Source of the DNA: Lentisphaerota bacterium
Lineage (GTDB): Bacteria; Verrucomicrobiota; Kiritimatiellia; UBA8416; JAUUYL01
Reading direction: 5' to 3'
DNA length: 64,000 bases
Assembly (NCBI GenBank): GCA_030590485.1
Contig: JAUUYL010000003.1
Location: 6,977-70,976 of the forward strand
The notes under the pieces are model-generated. The model had not been told where the DNA came from and searched no databases. It saw nothing but the letters and a program-made list of their open reading frames with translations. A program made the position numbers and the translations under genes. Position 1 is the stretch's first letter; the number at the start of each line of letters is the position of its first letter. This document shows positions 58,271 to 64,000 of the stretch, piece by piece.

Positions 58271-58272
58271 CC

Positions 58273-59097
58273 TCAGTCTCTTTTGTCGCCGCTTGCGCTC
58301 GGGTGGTACAGCTGCTGACCCAGCTTCTTGTATTTGCCAATCATCTTCTGACATTCTGGTGATGTTATCCATCCAATGAGCGACATTGACAGGTCATACT
58401 TCGCGTGTTTATGCAGATAGGGGCTTACGGCTATGATTCCGTATGGGTTCATCAGTACAGGGTCTCTTTCCAGGAGCAGGTCCAGCCTGATAGTCTTCTT
58501 ATTGAATATATAAGTAGCGCGATCAACCATGACATAGGCATTCTTCTCATCGGACATTCTGAGGGTAGCACTCATTCCCTGCCCCGACTCAAGATACCAC
58601 TTACCTTTCGGTTCTACTTTCGCAAGGTTCCAAATATGTTTTTCTTTCTTATGTGTTCCTGAGTCATCGCCCCGCGAGATGAATGTCGAACTGCTTGTTT
58701 GGATCTTTCTCAGTGCCTTTGCGGCATTTGCTGTTTTCCTGATGCCAGCCGGATCAGCCTTTGGGCCGAGGATAATAAAATCATTGTACATCACATCGCG
58801 TCTGTTGACGCCAAACCCGTCCTCAACGAATTTGTCTTCCGCTTTTCGCGCGTGAACCAGAATAATATCTACATCACCATTCTCGCCCAGCTTAATAGCT
58901 TTCCCCGTACCTACGGATATAATATGTACTTTGGCGTCATGTTTCTTCTCGAATGGCGGCAAAATATGATCAAGCAGTCCTGTCTCATATGTGCTGGTAG
59001 TTGTCGCCAACCTTAAGATCTCTTCAGCTTGCAATGATAAGACCATCGTCAGAATGGCAAATATCGCAGCGAGAACACCTGTAATCAATTTTGTCAT
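58273..59097 (-). CDS. periplasmic substrate-binding protein (PBP superfamily; tungstate/molybdate/phosphate-like)
   Basis: It has a signal peptide and a two-lobe PBP-like sequence with ...TTSTYETGLLD... and SRGDDSGTH motifs resembling oxyanion-binding SBPs. No permease or ATPase genes are adjacent. Confidence 0.55.
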   Translation of the reverse strand: MTKLITGVLAAIFAILTMVLSLQAEEILRLATTTSTYETGLLDHILPPFEKKHDAKVHIISVGTGKAIKLGENGDVDIILVHARKAEDKFVEDGFGVNRRDVMYNDFIILGPKADPAGIRKTANAAKALRKIQTSSSTFISRGDDSGTHKKEKHIWNLAKVEPKGKWYLESGQGMSATLRMSDEKNAYVMVDRATYIFNKKTIRLDLLLERDPVLMNPYGIIAVSPYLHKHAKYDLSMSLIGWITSPECQKMIGKYKKLGQQLYHPSASGDKRD

Positions 59098-59185
59098 ATT
59101 TCACATTCAGCGAGTTGTTTTTTGATGTCGTATATCGACCCGACACAAGTTGTAGTTGTTCAGCCTTTTGGTTGTCTAGCATGTT

Positions 59186-59563
59186 TTAGGGTTTGAATGA
59201 TTTAAGCTTCAACTCCTTGATAAATTTGAAATGCTTTACATTGCTCGAGCATAACTTGGCATTGTTCTCGGTGGCGGTAGCCGCTATGATTGCATCACCC
59301 GCTCTCAATCCATGCGACAAAGAATACTCTTCAATATAAACTGCAGCTCGGTGCCCGATGTTCTCCGAAAAAGGAATCACATGGAACCCAAAGTCTTTCA
59401 GAAATGACTTTGTGTAATCATGCTGTTTCTTGTTTTGGGCACACTGCAGGAGTTCCATGTATGACTGAACAGAAAGTAGGCGTTCGTCTTCTCTCTCGAT
59501 CAATCGGGCTGCTTTGATGTTACCCCTTTGTGTCCAAATAAAGATATCTGTATCAAAGAGCAT
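59186..59563 (-). CDS. vapC: PIN-domain ribonuclease toxin VapC
   Basis: It begins MLFDTDIFIW (the first acidic residue) and contains ...AIIAATA... and a distal acidic residue. It overlaps the upstream antitoxin gene by 11 nt. Confidence 0.85.
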   Translation of the reverse strand: MLFDTDIFIWTQRGNIKAARLIEREDERLLSVQSYMELLQCAQNKKQHDYTKSFLKDFGFHVIPFSENIGHRAAVYIEEYSLSHGLRAGDAIIAATATENNAKLCSSNVKHFKFIKELKLKSFKP

Positions 59564-59789
59564 TGAATCGTCCTCCGCGCAGTTGAGACATCTTTTCGTC
59601 CACTGATTCTTCTGCGTTGCTCATGTTGAAGAAGGCGTGCTCTGTAATCTTCTTTGATACAGTTTGGGCAGGCGATGAGATAACACCCTTGACTTTACCA
59701 TGATAAAGAATCGTTACATCCTCATTTCGATCCAGGGCTTTAAGGACATCGTTCATTTTGTATCTCAAATCAATCACTGATGCATTCAT
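59553..59789 (-). CDS. vapB: Phd/YefM-family antitoxin
   Basis: It reads MNASVIDLRYKMNDVLKALDRNEDVTILYHGKVKGVI, typical of Phd/YefM. An AGGAG RBS precedes ATG 59789. Confidence 0.7.
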   Translation of the reverse strand: MNASVIDLRYKMNDVLKALDRNEDVTILYHGKVKGVISSPAQTVSKKITEHAFFNMSNAEESVDEKMSQLRGGRFNAL

Positions 59790-59993
59790 AATAAACTCCT
59801 TTATGTATAATAGCACTATACATAAATGGAGTTACCTTGTCAAGCATGTCTGTCGCGACTAACGCTTGAATCAGGCGACAACCAACAGGACGGTAACCTT
59901 AATTATTCAGGCTGACTCGTTTCCTGTCCGACAATCCCTGCCGGACTTCCCAATCTGTGAAATCTTTTAGCGCCTGGCATCCAATAAAGAAAA

Positions 59994-60023
59994 CGTCCCG
60001 CCTGGCTGATGCCGGGCGGGACG
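59994..60023. terminator. bidirectional rho-independent terminator hairpin
   Basis: The hairpin CGTCCCGCCTGGC-tgat-GCCGGGCGGGACG has a 13-bp stem with one G-U pair and a tetraloop. It is flanked by an A-run upstream and TTCTGTTTT downstream. It lies 28 nt beyond the stop of the minus-strand gene 60051-60644. Confidence 0.55.
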
Positions 60024-60050
60024 TTCTGTTTTCAATTAAATGGTGCTGTT

Positions 60051-60644
60051 TTACGCAGCTTTGCCACCACCAACTTTGGCTTCGTACGCGCCTCTCCATG
60101 CGACTGTGATAAATCCGAATACCTGGCCAACGGCGCATCCAATCAATTCGGGGACAAGAACAGACTTGAAGCCGGCCATATTATGAGGGATGCCGATCTT
60201 TACAGCTTCACCAGCCTCGTTAAGGCCTACTCCGCCGCCAAGTGTCATGATAGCAAAGAACATACCGGATCCAATGAAAAGGCCTGGGATGAAATCCATC
60301 ATAGGCACTCTTTCAAGGCTGATAGCGGGGATAACGACAATGAATACCGCAATGGCGTAGCCATAGTAATAACCCAGACTTGTTGCTCCGAGCTTGTCAC
60401 CCAGAAGCATAATGGCGATTGATGCAGCAATACCGGCCGCATAGGCCAAGAAAACTTTAACACCATTTTTAGGGGTGCAGCCAGCAGCAAAATAAACTGC
60501 CCATGCCTGAAACGCTACAAAGATTAAAAGTCCCGGACCTCCGACTTCTGGCGTTGAACCCGGGATGAACTTTGCGATCAGCATCATTATTGCTGCCTGT
60601 ACACCAAGAAGAATTGGTATAACGATGAATTTTCCGAATGACAT
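60051..60644 (-). CDS. hypothetical integral membrane protein
   Basis: The 197-aa ORF has about six hydrophobic helices and Gly-rich segments. I recognised no family. Confidence 0.45.
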   Translation of the reverse strand: MSFGKFIVIPILLGVQAAIMMLIAKFIPGSTPEVGGPGLLIFVAFQAWAVYFAAGCTPKNGVKVFLAYAAGIAASIAIMLLGDKLGATSLGYYYGYAIAVFIVVIPAISLERVPMMDFIPGLFIGSGMFFAIMTLGGGVGLNEAGEAVKIGIPHNMAGFKSVLVPELIGCAVGQVFGFITVAWRGAYEAKVGGGKAA

Positions 60645-60812
60645 ATGCGAGTTTCCTTTCTTGTTACTACTACTTCGTTTGTTACTCCTATTAGCTAGAA
60701 AGGGTGTGAAATATTCGGCTCCAAGTCAACCCCTAATCCTCTCTTTCACCCTTGATTTACCGTAGAATATAAAATTCGCATAGCGGTCTCGCCGCGTATT
60801 TATGAAATAACA

Positions 60813-62138
60813 TCAGCGTTGGATAATCTTTTCGCCTATGGCACGTTTCATCTGTATGGAAGCCAACTCCATATCATGACGTGCGGTAGACTGTTCCAGC
60901 TGTGCACGGGTAAGCTGAAGTTGAGACTCCAAGACTTCCAACTGTGTCCCCTTGCCTGCCTTATATCTATTCCTTGCCAACTGGAGAGCTTCCCTTGCCT
61001 GTCCGATGACTTGCTTGCTCATTTCCAAAATGGAGGCTGCTTCCTGTTGATTGTAAAATGCCTGGCGGACTTCTCCTTTAATAGTAAGCGTCAACCCTGC
61101 TCCCTGCAACTTAGCTTGTATTGTTTGGGATCTTGCCTGGCGGACCTTACCGCGTCTTATTCCCCCATCGAACAATGCCCAGTTCATGCGCACCCCTGTG
61201 CTCCATCCCTCGAGTGAATCATCGCGTCCAAACATATCGCTTTCGATTCCATAGTTGGCAAACAGGTCAATCAGTGGTGCCTGTTCGCGTTTTACCACAC
61301 TAAGCTGCCGCCAGGCAGCTTCGATGGTATAAGCTGTACGTTCTATCTCTGGCCGATCTTTCATGGCTGTGGCAATAGCATCTCTCAATTTGACATCTGA
61401 CGGTGTTGCTCCTGACAGAGGTTGCAGCTTGACCCCTGACGCATCGACACCGTCCGGATATGGCAGACCTATTATCTCCTGTAACCTGTCGATGCTTCTA
61501 AGTCTGTCGTTCTGAGCTCGGATAAGCGGAGGCCTGGCATTGGCAAGAGCTACCTGCGCCTGGGTCACATCATACTTCTCGCCTACTCCGGCATCGAACA
61601 TGTTCTTCGTGATCTGGAGCTGTTCTTCAAAGACGGACACAGCCTCCATTTGTACCTGCACTCGCTGGTCAGCCAACCATGCATCGTAGTAGGCGCGATG
61701 TACCGAGAAGAGAAGATCCTCCTCAGTGGCATCGACAGCAGCGTCGATTGCGCGCAGACGTGCCTGCTCACCCTTGATATGATGGTAATTACGACCGCCG
61801 CTGAATATTGTCATGCTTGCGTCAACAGATGCATTCCAGCGGGTTGAATCAGGCCTGAAATTATCTCCAAAACTTTGCAGGCGATCATCATCAAAGCTCT
61901 CGTATCTTCCCGAAGCAGTGAGATGTGGATACATACTTCCTTTTGCTTCCGTGAGTACTCCGCTTTGTTGAACCAGCTGTTCACGAATAGATTGTATGCC
62001 TGGATTATTTGTCAGGGTCAGCATACAGGCTTCCTCTAGCCCGAGCTTCAAAGGCACTGCCTTCGATTTATTCTCTTCTGCATCTGCAACGGCAGATATC
62101 AGCAATAAGCATACTATGGCGTATAGTTTTGTTTTCAT
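60813..62138 (-). CDS. TolC-family outer membrane efflux protein
   Basis: It has a signal peptide and the two-repeat OEP architecture with coiled-coil helices. Its stop overlaps the upstream RND gene by 4 nt. Confidence 0.85.
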   Translation of the reverse strand: MKTKLYAIVCLLLISAVADAEENKSKAVPLKLGLEEACMLTLTNNPGIQSIREQLVQQSGVLTEAKGSMYPHLTASGRYESFDDDRLQSFGDNFRPDSTRWNASVDASMTIFSGGRNYHHIKGEQARLRAIDAAVDATEEDLLFSVHRAYYDAWLADQRVQVQMEAVSVFEEQLQITKNMFDAGVGEKYDVTQAQVALANARPPLIRAQNDRLRSIDRLQEIIGLPYPDGVDASGVKLQPLSGATPSDVKLRDAIATAMKDRPEIERTAYTIEAAWRQLSVVKREQAPLIDLFANYGIESDMFGRDDSLEGWSTGVRMNWALFDGGIRRGKVRQARSQTIQAKLQGAGLTLTIKGEVRQAFYNQQEAASILEMSKQVIGQAREALQLARNRYKAGKGTQLEVLESQLQLTRAQLEQSTARHDMELASIQMKRAIGEKIIQR

Positions 62139-64000
62139 TTTTCATCCTTCCTTGATCTTCTGCCTGCAAGGTCGGCAAGCAGTGTATAAATAACCGGTAT
62201 TACAAATAATGTCAGAATTGTACTGGTAATCATTCCGCCAACAGCAACGACACCCATGGGCCTTCTGCTTTCAGATGCAGCACCGAAGCCTATAGCAATT
62301 GGAAGGATGCCGGCGATTGTAGCCATACTCGTCATCAGAATCGGGCGAAAGCGAATCAGCCCCGCTTTAATCATCGCTGCTTTCGCGGACAGCCCCTGCG
62401 CTCTCTGCTGGTTGGCAAACTCAACGAGCAGAATGGAGTTTTTCGTAACCAGTCCTATGAGCAGGATAAGTCCTACCTGACTGAAAATGTTCATGTTCAT
62501 CGCAGGTATTCTCGGCACTATTGCGCTCAGTAGAGACAATATAGCTGGCGGATCAGCCGCATAGTTCGCGCCGGCATAGAGCATTGTGCCGAGACTGTTA
62601 ACGCCGCTCAAAACAAACAGAAGCCCAAACGCGCCGAGAAATGCCAGCGGCAGGGCCAGCATGACGACAAAGGGGCTGACGAAACTTTCAAATTGCGCAG
62701 CCAACACCATATATACAACGATTATCGCCAGAAGCATAAAGCCGTATATATCGGATGAAGATTCTTGAAGATCCTTTGCATCGCCAGCCCAGTCATAAGA
62801 AAAACCCTCGGGTATTGTTTCGGCCACTATTTCTTCGGCCAGCTGAACGGCTGTTCCAAGCGTGACTCCCGCCGGGGTAGCTTCGATAATTGCCGACCGC
62901 TCACGAGCGTGACGCATTATCATCGTCGGACCAGCCGTCTCTTTCGTAGTAACGACGTTGCTCAGCTGGACAAGAGCGCCATCCCTGCCCCGCACAAAAA
63001 GACGATCCATATCCGAAGGAACCATCCGGTTGTCGCGATCAAGCTGGGCAATCACCTCATACTGCTTACCGCCAAGTTTGATATCGCTGATATCCTCCCC
63101 GCCGAAGAGTATTTGCAGTGTTCGCGATATATCCCGTACGGATACACCCAGCTCGGCAGCGCGGCTTCGATTGATCTCTATGCTGAGCTCGGGCTTACTT
63201 AATGTAAATGCTGAACGGGGGCTGGCCACAAACCCTGCCTGCATAAATCTTCCAACAAGCTGTTGAGTATAAGCGTTAAGTTTCTCGAGATCATGATTCT
63301 TAATCACCAGCTGAAATGGTTGTTCGAATCCAATATCAACCGCCTTTGGCATAATGGGTATGCTGATTGCACCTTCTACCTCTGTAAAAAGCCTTGCGCC
63401 AAGTCCCGCAGGCCCTCCAACAATATCACGAATATGCGGTCGCTCTTCATTGAGACGCACGAAGACAAACCCCATTGAAGCATTACCAGGCCCGTTAAAA
63501 GGAAGTGCTACAGCGCTGAAGAATGTTTTTACTGCAGGCGTCTCACTCAGGATGACTTCGACCTGCTGCATCATCCGATCCGTATATTCCGGAGCCGAGC
63601 CGTCGGGCGCTATAGCAAGCACCAACAGCCGGCCTTTATCTTCATGCGGCAGGAACTCTTTATCCAGACTGCTGAACATGAAGTACGACACAACTATTGA
63701 GAGCATAGCAATGAGCATTATTTTACTCCTGTTGCACATCGACCAGTTCAAGCCTCTTTCATAATGACTGTTGATCCAATCAAACTTTCTTTCGAGCCAG
63801 TTGTATATCGGACCATGTTGTACGTCACTTATAGGTTTGAGAACACGTGCAGCCGTCATTGGAGCCAGCGTGAGGGCAACAATCGTGGAAATGACAACTG
63901 CCACAGACAATGCCACTGCAAATTCAAGAAGAAGCCTTCCTGTTACTCCGCCAATGAATGCCAGCGGTATGAATACGGCAACGAGCGACAGCGTGGTGGC
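62135..64000 (-). CDS. RND-family efflux transporter (AcrB/CzcA-like), 5' end beyond window
   Basis: Its C-terminal portion of about 620 aa matches AcrB from TM7 onward (AMALSV...LTPAL-like). The reading frame stays open to the window edge, where the reverse complement of 63917-64000 encodes ATTLSLVAVFIPLAFIGGVTGRLLLEFAV. Confidence 0.9.
   Translation of the reverse strand, partial: ATTLSLVAVFIPLAFIGGVTGRLLLEFAVALSVAVVISTIVALTLAPMTAARVLKPISDVQHGPIYNWLERKFDWINSHYERGLNWSMCNRSKIMLIAMLSIVVSYFMFSSLDKEFLPHEDKGRLLVLAIAPDGSAPEYTDRMMQQVEVILSETPAVKTFFSAVALPFNGPGNASMGFVFVRLNEERPHIRDIVGGPAGLGARLFTEVEGAISIPIMPKAVDIGFEQPFQLVIKNHDLEKLNAYTQQLVGRFMQAGFVASPRSAFTLSKPELSIEINRSRAAELGVSVRDISRTLQILFGGEDISDIKLGGKQYEVIAQLDRDNRMVPSDMDRLFVRGRDGALVQLSNVVTTKETAGPTMIMRHARERSAIIEATPAGVTLGTAVQLAEEIVAETIPEGFSYDWAGDAKDLQESSSDIYGFMLLAIIVVYMVLAAQFESFVSPFVVMLALPLAFLGAFGLLFVLSGVNSLGTMLYAGANYAADPPAILSLLSAIVPRIPAMNMNIFSQVGLILLIGLVTKNSILLVEFANQQRAQGLSAKAAMIKAGLIRFRPILMTSMATIAGILPIAIGFGAASESRRPMGVVAVGGMITSTILTLFVIPVIYTLLADLAGRRSRKDEK

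Overview
This window comes from a diderm (Gram-negative-type) bacterium of roughly 50% GC: it encodes BamA, Skp, a TolC-like outer membrane factor and an RND pump. Most of it is a dense housekeeping backbone, largely on the minus strand. That backbone holds recN, nadK, alaS, recA with a cinA C-terminal domain, galE, skp-bamA-dnaB, and the conserved block rplI-rpsR-ssb-rpsF-pth-rplY(ctc)-prs-tRNA-Gln-ispE. It also holds valS, cimA, lysC, ppiB, gloB, trmL, folA, deoC, a DAHP synthase-chorismate mutase fusion, a parC/gyrA-like gene, a DEAD-box helicase, dinB and a tolC-RND pair. The RND gene runs off the right edge of the window. Two tRNAs are present: tRNA-Ser(CGA) at 7529-7616 and tRNA-Gln(TTG) at 28342-28415. 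The strongest accessory signals are as follows. (1) A three-gene HipBST-type toxin-antitoxin locus lies next to tRNA-Ser. It comprises a split HipA (HipS N-domain plus HipT kinase) and an HTH HipB. Three regularly spaced 18-bp palindromes sit just upstream of hipB. A roughly 67-bp, 87%-identical relic of the hipT P-loop coding region sits 2.5 kb away in an intergenic spacer. (2) There are several clear gene-decay relics: an SDR N-terminal fragment, a mutarotase-like fragment with an in-frame amber stop, and a truncated NupG-like permease. (3) A tandem pair of ferritin-like four-helix-bundle paralogs is translationally coupled to two small ORFs. (4) Several operons of uncharacterised secreted proteins and lipoproteins are present, including tandem paralogous small lipoproteins. 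(5) A vapBC module, a long nested inverted repeat upstream of recN, and a short AlaS lacking the C-Ala domain are also present. No CRISPR array, integrase or transposase was recognised. The track marks GTG and TTG initiators as M, so several starts were moved to internal ATGs with better context.
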